Notes: generated by a model not told the origin, from the sequence alone. Numbered from the whole stretch's first letter, positions 40,152 through 52,940 are shown. The stretch is DNA of 63,227 nucleotides, filler included, from Choristocarpus tenellus KU-1152 (GCA_964200185.2; 14 parts of 14 records of this genome joined end to end with filler, not necessarily neighbours in it); one strand, 5' to 3'. Translations and numbers: made by a program.

Positions 40152-40192
40152 AACCCTAACCCTAACCCTAACCCTAACCCTAACCCTAACCC
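40152..40192. repeat. Interstitial telomeric repeat (CCCTAA)n, the longest of more than 10 short arrays in the window
   Basis: aaccctaaccctaaccctaaccctaaccctaaccctaaccc; others near 1367, 2055, 2656, 29694, 29867, 31262, 39543, 40613, 41347, 41572, 54089, 54649. Confidence 0.95.
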
Positions 40193-40213
40193 AAGATTGG
40201 TTGTCAAACTCAC

Positions 40214-40288
40214 CGGGTGGAGCTCATCACCCGCATATAGGTGGTGTTGAAGTGGCACAGGTCTGTAGTTGGTGGTAACCACATGCAC
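40214..40288 (-). CDS. SKI2: SKI2-like DExH RNA helicase, internal exon
   Basis: tttag|VHVVTTNYRPVPLQHHLYAGDELHP|gtgagt; RPVPL motif; phase 0 follows exon 41410-41559. Confidence 0.93.
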
Positions 40289-41409
40289 CTAAAATCAGTC
40301 AGAATTTTGAAAGAGGACACAAAGATAACAATAAAATTAATAATAATAATGCTCTCATTTCCACCAGTAATAATAAGATACTAGTATACTGCACGCAATT
40401 ATTATTATTATTATTAATATTATTATTAATATTATTATTTATTTATTTTTATTAATATACCCGCAACCTCTGTAGTGGGTTCCGTAGTGGTACTGGAGTC
40501 ATTGCTGGTACATACAGTATTGATGTTAAAATGTTTTGATGTTGTTATTGGTCAGTTAAAATACTTCTTCAAAAGATTAGTGTATGTGTGCTGAGGATGC
40601 TATATTGGGAACACCCTAACCCTAACCCAACGTACATAATACGCATATATATACTATTATGTGATTATGTGTAAGGAGGATTTATTATCCTAACTGGTAC
40701 CCAGAAGGAATCAAATCAAACCAACTTGATTAGCGAAAAAGTATGTAGTATGTGCAGAGACAGGTAAGAGACTGCCAACCAAAACTGAAGCATCGCTTTA
40801 ACAAGCTGTTGAAATGTGGATTGATGTGCCACTATTGTGGGTGTTTGATGTTTGAACAAGATGACTTGAGAAAGAGAGTGGGGTTCAAACATATCCAGAC
40901 CATGGAGACCACCAGCACTAGCACCATTCAATAGGACTAATCACTGTTAGTCAACATATTGGTATTGAAAAATAAAAAATAACAATACCACATATTAAAA
41001 AAATGATCAATACAGACAAAAGTAGGAGCCCTCGGAGTCATGAAGCGCACACCATCTAACATGTCATCTTGTCATTACAGACAACTCCAAATCATTCAAA
41101 AGAAATTGATAACTATTGATAACTATTGATACACCAGTACAATTCACTCCACTTCCTCAAGTTAGCACTATGGCTCAAGGCGGTCTTCAAAGACGTCAGT
41201 GTTCATCCATAATGCATTGGCTCTATCTCACCACCAATGGCAGTAGTATAACAAATAGTGATATCAATAGTAATGGTAAATAGCAACAGCAATGCCTCAA
41301 GGCCCTTCCGACCCTGTCTTATCTATATATCTATGTAACTTCCATGTAACCCTAACCCTAACCCTTCTATGTATATATGTATATATCTACAAACTCCATC
41401 TGTACTCAC

Positions 41410-41559
41410 AGGCTTCTGCTTGGTGCGTCCAATCCACTCGCAGAACTCAATAGTATTAGGGGTGGTAGCAGAGAGGAAAATCATGTTGGCATGGTCGGGG
41501 AGCATGATGATCACCTCCTCCCATACCACCCCCCTCTCAGAGTCATTAACATAGTGAAC
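41410..41559 (-). CDS. SKI2: SKI2-like DExH RNA helicase, exon with motifs II (end) and III
   Basis: gaag|[50 protein letters not shown]|gtgagt; [18 protein letters not shown] is SKI2-type rather than MTR4-type. Confidence 0.96.
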
Positions 41560-41923
41560 CTTCATATGGAAGGTTAGGGTTAGGGTTAGGGTTAGTAGTA
41601 CTAACAGGAGAAACACAACAGAGAGATGCAATCGTGTCAGGTCGTGTCATGCCAAGGGTGCTTGTTTGCATGTGAGGAGGTGGTTACATGAGACACCTAG
41701 TGGGCAGAGTCAACCAACAAAACACGCAAAAAGAGAGTAAAATAAAATAATAATATTTCAAAATAAAAAAACAAAAACGCCTTCTATTGGGTCAAGTGGT
41801 TCAAGAGAGTGAGTCCAGAGAGGAGAATGAACAACAGTAGTAGAACAGTAGTAGAACAAAAATGATACAAAAGGAGAAGTACAACAGGGGATGTACAGGG
41901 ACTACAGAAAAGGAGATACCATC

Positions 41924-42204
41924 TCTAATGTACACACTACCTCTAATGTACACACTATCACTAATGTACACACTACCTCTAATGTACACACCACCTCTAA
42001 TGTACACACTACCTCTAATGTACACACTATCACTAATGTACACACTACCTCTAATGTACACACCACCTCTAATATATACACTACCTCTAATGTACACACT
42101 ATCACTAATGTACACACTACCTCTAATGTACACACCACCTCTAATATATACACTACCTCTAATGTACACACTATCACTAATGTACACACTACCTCTAATG
42201 TACA
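41924..42204. repeat. 18-bp minisatellite with 54-bp higher-order periodicity
   Basis: Unit (t/a)ctaatgtacacac(t/c)a(c/t)c, runs to the contig end. Confidence 0.95.
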
Positions 42205-42408
42205 NNNNNNNNNNNNNNNNNNNNNNNNNNNNNNNNNNNNNNNNNNNNTTAATTAATTAANNNNNNNNNNNNNNNNNNNNNNNNNNNNNNNNNNNNNNNN
42301 NNNNAGAGACAACAAGTTCACAAGCCCCCCCCCCCTCCCCCCAAACCCCTGACCCAATTCCAGTACCTTAGTCAACTACCCAGAGATCACACCTTTGTCA
42401 CCACTTAC

Positions 42409-42723
42409 TGTTTCATTCGCTTCCCCCCGAAGGTCCTCATTCTGAACAGTGAGAGTCTCGTTCAGCTCCTGCTGTGTCTGGTTCCTCAGCGCTAGTTCTA
42501 GCACCAGCTCATCCTTTTCTGCATTCTGGGCCTCTAAGTCCTTTGAACATTCTCGCAGGTCCTGCAACTCCTGGAGGGCTCTTATCTGGTCACGCTGCTC
42601 AGTCCGCCGTGTTTTCTCTGCCCCCCCTGCTCGTTGCAACGCATCTGCAGCCTTGGCCTTTTCAGTCTGGAGCAGCTTGCGTGTGTTTTCCAGGTCCTCC
42701 TCCAACTTGCGCCGCAACTTGTC
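42409..42723 (-). CDS. Coiled-coil protein of unknown function, exon
   Basis: accag|DKLRRKLEEDLENTRKLLQ...EDLRGEANET|gtaagt; 315 bp, phase 0/0; heptad-like E/L/Q-rich composition. Confidence 0.65.
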
Positions 42724-43064
42724 CTGGTGGCAAGAGAGTAGATGGGGAAAGGGGAAGGGGAGGGATGGGTAGCCGAATAATCATGAGAAATGCATCAGCA
42801 GGTTAAGGTTGAGGGCAAGCCAAAGGCAATGCAGAACAGTAAGCTTGAGAAGAACCAATGGTGTGAGGCGGATCATGCAAGGGGGCAGGTTGCAGAGGCC
42901 TTGAAAGTTTCCCTTGTATGTATGTGGGATATATTAACACCAGCCTGGTACACGAACCGACTTCAGAAGGAAAACAGACAGCTGGCAATGCAGAATCATC
43001 AACCTCCCGAGAAATGAGAGTTTCCTACCCAAATGGCGCATCAAAGTACTACTGGTTGACTTAC

Positions 43065-43349
43065 CAGTTCCTTGAGCTTCTCATTCCTATCGTCCAGTTG
43101 AGTCTCCAGTTCATTTACCCTATCCTTCTGGGTGAGATAATCCTGTTGGTATCTGTCTCGCTCCTTCTCCAGGCTGACGTTCTGTCCCACGAGGGTATCT
43201 GTCTCAGCTTGGGTGAGCTCAGGCGCAACCCCAGGTTCCCCAGTTACCTCGTAGGCAGCGATTCGGTCCTCCAGCTGTAGTACCTCCTCCAACACATCGT
43301 TCAGCTCACTCTCCAGTACCGCATGATCTGGGTTGTTGCAGGAAGCCAT
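43065..43349 (-). CDS. Coiled-coil protein of unknown function, upstream exon
   Basis: MASCNNPDHAVLESELNDVLEEV...RNEKLKEL|gtaagt; phase 0 joins exon 42723; true 5' end uncertain. Confidence 0.6.
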
Positions 43350-46300
43350 GGGCACCGCCCAATCGCCCTTTCCCCACGGCCAGCTCTACCGAGTCGCCCT
43401 TGTTTCCTGGGTTTCAGCTATTGTGAGGGCGAGTTCAAGTGGACGTGTTATGTCTCTCAACGCGGCAACTTTGCAACACTTAAAGAATTCAGGGCATCAG
43501 AAAATTGTATTCCACTACCTGAGGTAAGGAAGCTTGCGGTCTAGCACATTTCAGCGTAGCTATCAACTAGAAACAGCAACCCACCATTTTGGGCGGTTGT
43601 ATCCACCTTACTTTGCTCAATGTCATTGCTCCAACACACCAATATCCTTCAACTACAGTTACCCACGAACACCAAACCAACCCTAAACATCTGATTTCGC
43701 TTGTCCTGATGGCTACCAATGTCCAAATCCTCCCTCCAGACACTAAGCATGCTGAGAGGTAAGCGAGGTTACGACGGACCCAACCTCACCTTAACAAACT
43801 CGAACAGCCAGCCCCAGAAGGGGCCACAAAAGAGGCCAACCACCCCAATTAACAATACTACAAGTTTCACACCATGAAGGCCGAAGTCGTGGCACTACGC
43901 AATAAATGTACGTCGGACAACAGGGTCAGGTTGAGAATGGAAAGGAGTAGGGTACAAGAAGAGGGAAACACAACCCGTTATTTCATATTTTCAAATGTTT
44001 GTTCACCTTCTCCTCCGGAGGTGTAAGTCGCTACAAGAAGAATGATGTTTGATAGATATATATACAATGATATTGTTGTACCAATACACACAACATTTTT
44101 CTTGAAAGGTCACCATCTACATAATATCTCTACATCACCAGACAGTTATTATTTGTTTCGATACGTAAATTCAGAAATGGGAGCAAAGGTGCCCCCAACA
44201 GGGGAGAGCAGAGAACATCCCTGACAAGGACGACATGAGGAGGAAGAGATGAAATGTTTGATGGTATTGATAAACATTGAGGATTCTTCAGTCCAACCCT
44301 CAACTGGAGTGGAAGTTGGGTATATACATAGATGGAAGGTGAATATTCAGAACAGATCTGTAGAAGAAATCTGTAGAAGAAAAGAAGCAAGTTCCACTAC
44401 CTGAACAGTACCTATCACATTCTTCCCTTTGGTAGTGCTTTTGATATGTTGTGAATGGAAAAGGAGCAATGATTTATTTACCTGGTGATGTTTTGCCAGT
44501 ACATGTGATGACACCCAGTATGCACCAGCTGTGGTTCGATAAGAATAGGTTCCTGCTGTGGACGGAGTTTGGTTTTTTTCTTGGTTTCAAATATAACACA
44601 ACTTGCCGACGAGAGGAGGCAATGCTCCGGCTAAGAAGGTAAATTGTTGAAAGAAGGACCTTGAGATGAAGGCTGGCGAGCTCTTTGCCCAGGGAAAGGA
44701 ACACAGTGCCCATCTTGCCAGAGTTCAACTGGAAGTCTTGGAGATTAGGCAGAACCTAAACAAGCTCCAAGATAAAAAAAGGTATATTGTGGAGGAGGGA
44801 AGACTTCCAAGGAAAGTCAGTTCGCTTTGGTATGTAGAGCTTCAGTGAAAAGCGGTGAACTTCAAGGCCCGGGTGGAATATGATGTGGCCAATGGAATGG
44901 GGATATAGATTGCTGGAGAAGCAGCTTTCCACCGTCAAGAAAAAAAATTTGAGTCCTGCAAGCAAGACGAGGGTAATCTCCTGAAACCAAACACCACACT
45001 ACAACACCAGATTGACTCTCGGGAAGTTGCTAGAGGAGATAAGAGGATCTTGCTTAAACAGGCACCTGTGGAATTGAAGACTGACCTCGATGAATATCGC
45101 AGTATGATCGTTGTCTTGAAAGCAAATAATGTATAGCTGGAGGTAGAGATGGATAAACTCTGGTGCAACGGTGCTCATACCCCCGAAGCATTTGAAGAGG
45201 TACAAGTCACGTCCTTGACTTCCCTGAAAGTCAGTTTCCTTGTCGACTTTGGTTTCAAAAAGGGAGACTATTTTCTCACTACTTGTTGTCATAAACGGTA
45301 CAACAGAGCGTTTGGTTGGCGCGGTAGATAGATGCATTGAAGATTCATTGCCCCATATCGCCCACATGGTATCATCACTCAAATTGACTGGACAAGATTA
45401 AACATCCCTGTGGTATAGAGTAATAATAAAAATGCACTCTTCAATGTGTATTCTATGTGTGCACTCAATACAATACTATACTTTGGAGGTATTTGTGTTA
45501 CAGGCAGGCTCCAGAAACTTACCTCCACAGGATGGGTAGCTCCAATTCACAGATTAACGAATCTCAGCACAGCAGAACAGGGATACTCTCAAACGAATCA
45601 ATCAGCATAAGAAATATGTATGTTTTCGATATCAGTAAGAGAGAGTGCTATAGGTGGGGTCTCTAGGTCAGAAGAACTGAGCTGTTTGGAGCCGTTTTTA
45701 GGATCTCTTATCATCACTTATGGCTCAAAGTATCTGGGAGGGGGTGGCGGCTGTCCATTTGGNNNNNNNNNNNNNNNNNNNNNNNNNNNNNNNNNNNNNN
45801 NNNNNNTTAATTAATTAANNNNNNNNNNNNNNNNNNNNNNNNNNNNNNNNNNNNNNNNNNNNCATCTACACCACCCCTGCACAGCATACCAGTGTCATAT
45901 GTATACAGTACTGTAACTTTGGTAAGTTACACTCATTACGATGTGTTCACTCATATGAATAGTATACCTTCCCAAGAAAAGCATCCGCAAGCCGTTGAAT
46001 GGCTGGACAACGACTCGCAGTTCAAATGAAATCAATGTTCAAAGTCAATCTCCCTCTGATGCCCTGCCCTACGTATTCAATTGCACTCTATAAGGATATC
46101 ATACAGTACAGTATCAAAAACACCACCATGGATCAAATGCAGCTGCACCACTATGCACCCCCCACCGCACGCACTGAGTAAAACAACTTATTCGCTAATA
46201 AAAAAATCGCGACTGCCAAAAAAATCGCGGATGTCCGTTTGTTTGATTGCCCTTGCCCCGATTGTGCTGAGCCAAGCCAGCTTTGCTTTCCAGAGATGGT

Positions 46301-46396
46301 ACGAAACATCTTTCATGCTGCACTCTTCGGTGGTTGTTTCTAAACTTGCAGACTCGTCACGTACTGGACCAGGAGTATTACCCTGTATGTTGCAGC

Positions 46397-46661
46397 TGTT
46401 CGATTAGACTCTTCCGACTCTATTGGACAGTTCTTGTCAAATATATTTGGAGTGAGAGAACAATAATTAGTGATTAACTTTGATCAGAACCTTTCATTAT
46501 TGATTAGTTATATGAGGATATTTCCAATATAAAAGGAAATATTTCTGATTTATGGGGTGCTCTATGCCCCACTTAATGTTAATCAATCACTCTACAGACA
46601 TCAAGCAATCTCCCTGGGTTATCACCTTTATTTTTTTTACGACTTGGGCGATACTTTAACA
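46397..46661 (+). mobile_element. Ty1/copia 5' LTR, copy 1
   Basis: TGttcgattagactcttcc...gatactttaaCA; homologous to 48120-48388 and 52941-53252; followed by gag. Confidence 0.92.
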
Positions 46662-46701
46662 CAATACACTGGACCATAGGTTTCTAACCTTTCGTTTTAT
46701 C

Positions 46702-48119
46702 ATGTCTTCACATGGAGATGAGATTCTATCTGTTCCTGCCAAGGGCCCATCTGTTGTGGTGACGGTAGCGAATATGTCAAGAAACGTTGGCAATCTCATG
46801 GTGCAGTCTGATAGAGTCAGTGACGGGAATCATCCTGTCGTTCAGGCCGCTGTGCCCAGCACACGGCCTTCAGCTGGGCATGTACCAGTCGAAGTGTGTC
46901 CTGTGGAACCCATGTTGAAGGAAAAATTCCCAGAGAGGGGAAACAGTTTGGATGCTGTGAGCGTCAGAAGTGGGGCGAGCCAGAGGTCCAGTTCTTCAAT
47001 AAGTTTGGGGTCAAGCACACATACTGTTCACCCTAAGCCAAAGTATCTTAGAGGGTAGTGGCGCTTCCATTTGGAGGCCAAAATCCAATGTTGCGATTTT
47101 GATGTAATTTTGGCTATCATGTTTTTTGGGAAGTGCAAATATTCTTGTTCCAAACACACCTTTTCTTAATGTATACATTTTGCCTACTTCGAAACATTTT
47201 GGAGCAGGAAAATGTCATTTAGAAAAAAAACATGGAAAGCCAAGCCCCAAATGGACAAACAGGGCAATACTCGTACCCTCTAAGATACTTTCACTCGCTC
47301 AGCCACCAAAATTATTGGACGACTCGGACTACCGGGACTGGTGGAGGCGTTTCATCGTACATTGTCGGTATACCCACTACCTGGGTGCGTTGACCATTGA
47401 AAGTTTAGTTAACCCAGAACACTCCTACGAGGAACTTCTCTCGGATGGGTTCAGTGCAAATGTTATCTGGATGGCCGAAGAGGCTTACTATGCACTTGCT
47501 GTTGCTCTCGTCACACCCAACACCAGGTCTCTGTGCATACACACCACAGTCCGAGCGAGCTTTTCCGAGAAATAGATTATTGATTCATGCCTAGTACAGT
47601 GGGTAATAGTCAACATTTGTTCCGTGAGTTTTTCTCTTCCAAGGTGAAGAAGGAGTGGAATCCACTCCTGATCTTAACCCAATGGAGGAGCTACGGGGGA
47701 GGACGCTATCGATGGACCTTGTCATCTCCGACAAGCTGCTGCTCCTACAGTTTCTGAGTGCACTCGGATCAGATTATGATACCGAGATACGCATGATGGC
47801 CTCGCATAAGGACACTATGTCGAGCAGACGTAGAGAAAATAGTCAGAGAGCGATAAGCTTCCCTTCATGAGGGGAAGGAGTCAAGACACAAGAACAGCCA
47901 ACACTTTGGTTGTTAGCACCTCATCACAGAGGAAGAGTCAGTCTCATCGTAACGGTCAAGGTCGTGGTGTCGAAAGTAAATTTAATGGTGGAAGAATGGT
48001 TCTAATTCCAACCCTAAAAGTTCTGAGAAGACTCCTTGTGAGAAGTGTGGTAATAATGGACATGAAAAGGGAGCTTACCCAAGCCGCACTTGCACCAAGT
48101 GTGGTGGACATGCCCATGA
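46702..48119 (+). pseudogene. Ty1/copia gag, copy 1 (frameshifted, interrupted by MITE A, cut by the nested copy 2)
   Basis: PPKLLDDSDYRDWWRRFIVHC...AEEAYYALAVAL...EELRGRTLSMDLVISDKLLLLQFLSALGSDYDTEI, then a zinc-knuckle region. Confidence 0.88.
47035..47296 (+). mobile_element. MITE family A inserted in copia gag
   Basis: AAGCCAAAGTATCTTAGAGGGTAG...CTAAGATACTTTCACTC; absent from the paralogous gag at about 48790-48810. Confidence 0.95.
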
Positions 48120-48388
48120 TGTATTCGATTAGACTCTTCCAAATCTATCGGACAGTTACGGTAAAATATGTACGGAGTAAAGGAACAATCAATTAGTGGT
48201 TGAGATATCAGAACCTTTTACCAGTGATAAATTGTATTACAAAAATTCTCAAATAAAAGGAAATATTTCCGTTGTTATGGAGTGCTGCATCCCCCACCTA
48301 AATATAATCAATCACTCTACAGACACCAAGCAATCTCGCTGGGTTTATCACCTTTATCCTCTTTGATGATTTGGGAGATACTTTAACA
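48120..48388 (+). mobile_element. Ty1/copia 5' LTR, copy 2 (inside the gag of copy 1)
   Basis: tgtattcgattagactcttcc...gatactttaaCA, followed by caagttattgaacc (weak match to the GGTTATGRGCCC half-tRNA-Met PBS). Confidence 0.92.
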
Positions 48389-48428
48389 CAAGTTATTGAA
48401 CCTTAGGTTTCTAACTCATCATTTCATC

Positions 48429-49781
48429 ATGTATACACGAGGGGATGCGACTCAAGAATTGCGGGAACCTGCTCCTTCCGAGGGCGCCCATCTGTCCAAG
48501 AATTCAGACAGCTGGTGACAGTAGCGGACTTATTAAGAAACGCTAGCAATCTCATGCTTCAGTCCGAAAGAGTCGGGGACGAAAATCATCCCGTTGTCGA
48601 GGTCGTTGTGCCCAGCACACGGCCTCCGGCTGGGGACTTACCAGTAAAAGTGGGTCCTATGGAACCCATGTCGAGGGAAAATTTCCCAGATAAGGGAAAC
48701 AGTTTGGATGCCGTGAGCGTCAGAAGTGGGGCGAGTTGGAGGTCCAGTTCTTCGGAGAAGTTTGGGGTCAGGCGCACATATTGTTCGCTCTACGACAAAG
48801 AGATCAAGGACCCAACCACCGAAACTATTGGACGACTTGGACTACCGGGACTGGCGGAGGCGTTTCATCGTGCATTGCAATTATACCCACTGCCTGGGGT
48901 GCCTTGACAAGTGAAAGATCAGTCAATCAAGAAAGCTCCTACGAGGAACTTCTCTCGGACGGCTTAAGTGCGAATGATATCTGGATGGCCGAAGAGGCCT
49001 ACCATGCACTTACTGTTGCTCTCGTCACATCCACCACCAGGGCATTATGCTATACGCACCAAACTCCGAGCGAGCTTTTCCAAGCAATAGATGATTGGTT
49101 CATGCCTAATACAGTGGGTAATAGCCAAAATTTGTTCCGTGAGTTTTTCACTTCAAAGGTGGAGAAGAGGGCAAATCCGATCGTGACCTTACGCCACTTG
49201 GAAGAGCTACGGGGGAGGATGCTATCGATGGACCTGGTCATCTCGGACAAGCTGCTGCTCCTACAGCTCCTGAGTGCTCTCGGATCAGATTACGATACCG
49301 AGATATGCATGATGGCCTCGCAGAGGACACTATGTTGAGCAGAGACGTAGAGAAAACAGTCAGAGGGTGATATGCTTCCCTTCATCAGGGGAAGGACACA
49401 AGACACAAGAACAGCCATGCTTTGATTGTTAACAGCTCATCACAGGTGAAGAGTCAGTCTCATCGCAACGGCCAAGTTCGTGGCGTCGCACGTAAACTTA
49501 ATGGTGGAAGAAAGAAGAATGGTTCTAATTCCAACCCTAAAAGTTCCGAGAAGATTCCTTGTGAGAGGTGTGGTAAGCATGGACATGAGAAGATAGCTTG
49601 CCCAAACCGCATTTGCACCAAGTGCGGTGGACGTGCCCATGATACTACAAGATGTACTTCGGTGTTCATGACTCCAGTGCAGTCTGGGAAAGAAGAGATC
49701 GAGACCGACGCAAATCCTTCCCATATTACTGTGGAAATAATCACAAGCTGCGGCGACAACGAGCGATACGCACTACTGGCC
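48429..49781 (+). pseudogene. Ty1/copia gag, copy 2, with two CCHC zinc knuckles
   Basis: DLDYRDWRRRFIVHC...PSELFQAIDDWFMP...LLSALGSDYDTEI...CERCGKHGHEKIAC PNRI CTKCGGRAHDTTRC; several frameshifts; truncated by MITE A at 49782. Confidence 0.9.
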
Positions 49782-49841
49782 AAGTGAAAGTATCTTAGAG
49801 GGTACGAGGTTTGCCTGTTTGTCCGTTTGGGGTTTGGCTAC
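49782..49841 (-). mobile_element. MITE family A end, interrupted by a family B-type element (49842-49911)
   Basis: AAGTGAAAGTATCTTAGAGGGTACGAGG...ggggtttggcta then GGGTCAAAGTATCTTGAGGGGGGG. Confidence 0.85.
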
Positions 49842-50076
49842 GGGTCAAAGTATCTTGAGGGGGGGGTGTCGGCGTCCGTTTTTCACCCTTTTTTCGATTT
49901 TCACTTTTTTGNNNNNNNNNNNNNNNNNNNNNNNNNNNNNNNNNNNNNNNNNNNNTTAATTAATTAANNNNNNNNNNNNNNNNNNNNNNNNNNNNNNNNN
50001 NNNNNNNNNNNCCTCACCCCCCCCCCCCCCTGTGCTGTACCATTCCTGTCTCCATACAATGCCATGCCCCATCCAG

Positions 50077-50302
50077 CTGCTGTTTGGTTCTGGCCTACAT
50101 CAGCTGTGTTGAGGTGATGGTGGATGATATGTATGCCATGGATGATGTTGAAGAGGAAGTAGCCCCTCATGGTTTGAAGAAGGGTTTGAGGGGAAAGGCG
50201 GCAGGAGGTGGTGCCAAGGTTTGTAATAGGAAGGGAAGGCGTGTTGAGTGGGAGAGGGTGGATCGGGAGGAGGTGGGGGAGGCGTGGGGGGTGCTGAAGG
50301 AG
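50077..50302 (+). CDS. NELFCD: Negative elongation factor C/D (TH1-like), exon
   Basis: ccag|CCLVLAYISCVEV...RRVEWERVDREEVGEAWGVLKE|gtgagg; corresponds to the TH1 segment Y..ILAYA.SV...I.KDEL....A. Confidence 0.78.
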
Positions 50303-50308
50303 GTGAGG

Positions 50309-50602
50309 TGTGATGTGATGTGATGTGATGTGAAGTGATATGATGTGATGTGATGTGGTGTGATGTGGTGTGGTGTGATGTGGTGTAATGCCATGTTATG
50401 TAATGTGATGTGATGTGATGTGATGTGATGTGATGTGATGTGATGTGGTGTGGTGTGATGTGATGTGAAGTGATGTGGTGTGGTGTGGTGTGATGTGATG
50501 TGATGTGATGTAATGTAATGTGGTGTGGTGTGATGTGATGTGATGTGGTGTGGTGTGGTGTGATGTGATGTGATGTGATGTAATGTAATGTAATGTAATG
50601 TG
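50309..50602. repeat. Pentanucleotide microsatellite (TGTGA/TGTGG/TGTAA)n just after a splice donor
   Basis: Directly visible; produces the spurious His-rich ORFs. Confidence 0.97.
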
Positions 50603-51138
50603 GTTGTGCTACAAGAAGGAACATTTTGACCAGTAGGTGATGCCTATAATGTGTTTAGCTACTTGAGTTGAAATTTCTTACATAATCCTTCCTTTTTTTT
50701 AGTAGAAACACTACTGGATCACTCCACTGATAGGAGTGCACTAGTGCAATAGGAGGTTTTGAGGATGTACCTTACGTATCTCCTGAGGCATTCCGATTAA
50801 GCATGCAATTCTATTTATTTATTTTTTTATGTGAATGAAACTGTTTCGAAACAGATTGGGACTGACATTCGGTTGATATTTTTGAATTTCCTTGGTTCTT
50901 CTTTGGAAGGCATTTTTGAATTCGAATTGATGAAGCATAAAATAAAAAAATAAAAAGGACGGACCAAAACCCCAGAGACCATTTTATTTTAGAATCCCTA
51001 CAAGGATTGATCGTTACCACTTTCGGAGGTGCTTCCCTCCACCCCTCGCCTCTCTACCCAATTATTTTCTTGAAAATTTCTGTGAAGCTGTGTTGTCTTT
51101 TGTGTTTGGGTGCTAACGAACACACTCTTGTGTCTCAG

Positions 51139-51222
51139 GCAGGGGAGGTCTGCTTCGACAACCGTCCGGCTCAACTCTCCTTGCTCAAGACACGCCTCAC
51201 TCCTATCATGCAACTCCCTGTG
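51139..51222 (+). CDS. NELFCD: NELF-C/D exon
   Basis: ctcag|AGEVCFDNRPAQLSLLKTRLTPIMQLPV|gtgagt; 84 bp, phase 0/0; joins to form LPV-ASLGVL.W (TH1 FPVVAMGVL.W). Confidence 0.82.
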
Positions 51223-52940
51223 GTGAGTTTATATACTTTTTTGTGTGGTATAAAAGTCGAACAGTTTTTTTTTTCTTGATGGGTGTGTGTGTTTTTTTTT
51301 TCCTTCTGTTGTTCTGATTTTCCGATTCTTTAAAGAGAGAGAGAGAGCAAGCGACGTTTCAAGTTCATAATAATTATAAAGGTAAAAAACAGCGGTACTT
51401 GATTTTATTTATAAATTGGAATAGAATGTTCAGAGTTTTTACAGTTTCGTGTAGAATTTGTTTTTTCTTTATTTTGTCTTTATTTATTTTGTGGGAAGGG
51501 ATGTGGAAGTATGTGTGCAATGGGGTACAAATTGAGTGTATGTGATAAATAAATATTTAGTTTGATTTATAATGCTATTCTTTCTTGTCCATACGTAGTA
51601 ATAATAATAATAATAATAATATCTCATCTGGAATAATCATAAACGTGGACCTGTGAACTGGTAGTGACCAAGGGAGAACTCTGTTCTCATTCTCAGAAAT
51701 TTCTTGTTGGGATGGATTATCCTCTTTCCGCTGTTGAACAGTTCGGGATTGTTCTCATTGTTGCTGTTGTTCTTGTGACCACTATTTTTTGTAATAACTT
51801 TTATTACCATTTCTAGTACTGTACCACTGGTATAATTATTGTGTGTATTGCTATTGCTACCAGTGAAATTGAGAATACCAGAATAGAGTCATTTCGTCGT
51901 TGTTGTCATTGATTGGACATTCGTCGATAATTAAAAAAAATGTAAGATTAAAAAAATAAAGGTTGTACTACTAGGGTGAATGAATGAATATGGGTTGGTG
52001 CGTGGATTTGTATGTATATATGTATTTATATGTATATATGTAATTATGTGTATATATGTAATTATATGTATATATGTATTTATATGTATATATGTATATA
52101 TGTATATATGTAATTATGTAATTATTTGCCCGGTTGTGTGCTAAACATGATGGAACGCATGAAGGAGATTTTGAATGTGTTATTGGGTAAGTAATGTCAA
52201 CCTGTGAGGAGATGTTCATAGAGAGGAAGAATCTATTGACAGATCAAGGAGCGTATGCGCTGTAGGTGTTCTTTTGAAGGTGGTGATCGACAGGTAGAGC
52301 TTTATTCGCAATGATAGGTGGTGATCGGATATTTGTAGACATGGAAATTGTTGTATACTTTATGGACTTACTTGGGTTCTATGTTCTGCAGTTGTGCATG
52401 GCAAGTAAGTCTATGTCTTCGAAGCGGTGATTGTATTTGTAATATGACCTATGCTAACAATGAGGACAAGGTTATAGAATACTACTTACCATTTCTACTA
52501 TTGATGTGAACGAAGTTTATCAAAACTCTCCACACAGGTGAGAGACCTGTCAAGATGTAAGCGGACTGTACTACTGCATTCTATCAAATTATAATAATAG
52601 TAATAATAATAATAATGGTAAGTTGGACGATAAGTGCTTTCTCTCCTCGAACAAAATGTGGAAGGTATAGTGTCTATTGTGAAGAACCAAGGAGAGATTG
52701 ATCTCCACACCTTTCATTAGCCTACGTTTTCTCCAAAATCATATGGGTAAATATATATCTTATATATGGGTAAAACCGAGAAGAAGGGTACTTCGCAGAC
52801 AATTCGTAAGATAAAATAACAAGAAAAAACACAATATGCAAAAAAAAAAACGGAATAAAAAAAATAAGAAGAGTGATTTTTCTGATTTTTTTTAATGTCC
52901 GCTCGACACCTCTGTTCCTCCAATGTACTACCCTAACCGC

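Noticed and set aside
40152-40192. True chromosome telomere
   Set aside because: Only about 7 units, internal to a contig and intronic
41801-42260. Repetitive protein ORFs on both strands
   Set aside because: Artefact of an 18-bp minisatellite in a SKI2 intron
44450-45400. Coiled-coil-like coding remnant on the plus strand
   Set aside because: Multiple stops, no splice support and no recognisable family
50100-50624. Histidine-rich protein
   Set aside because: Translation of a pentanucleotide microsatellite, antisense to a NELF-C/D exon and intron
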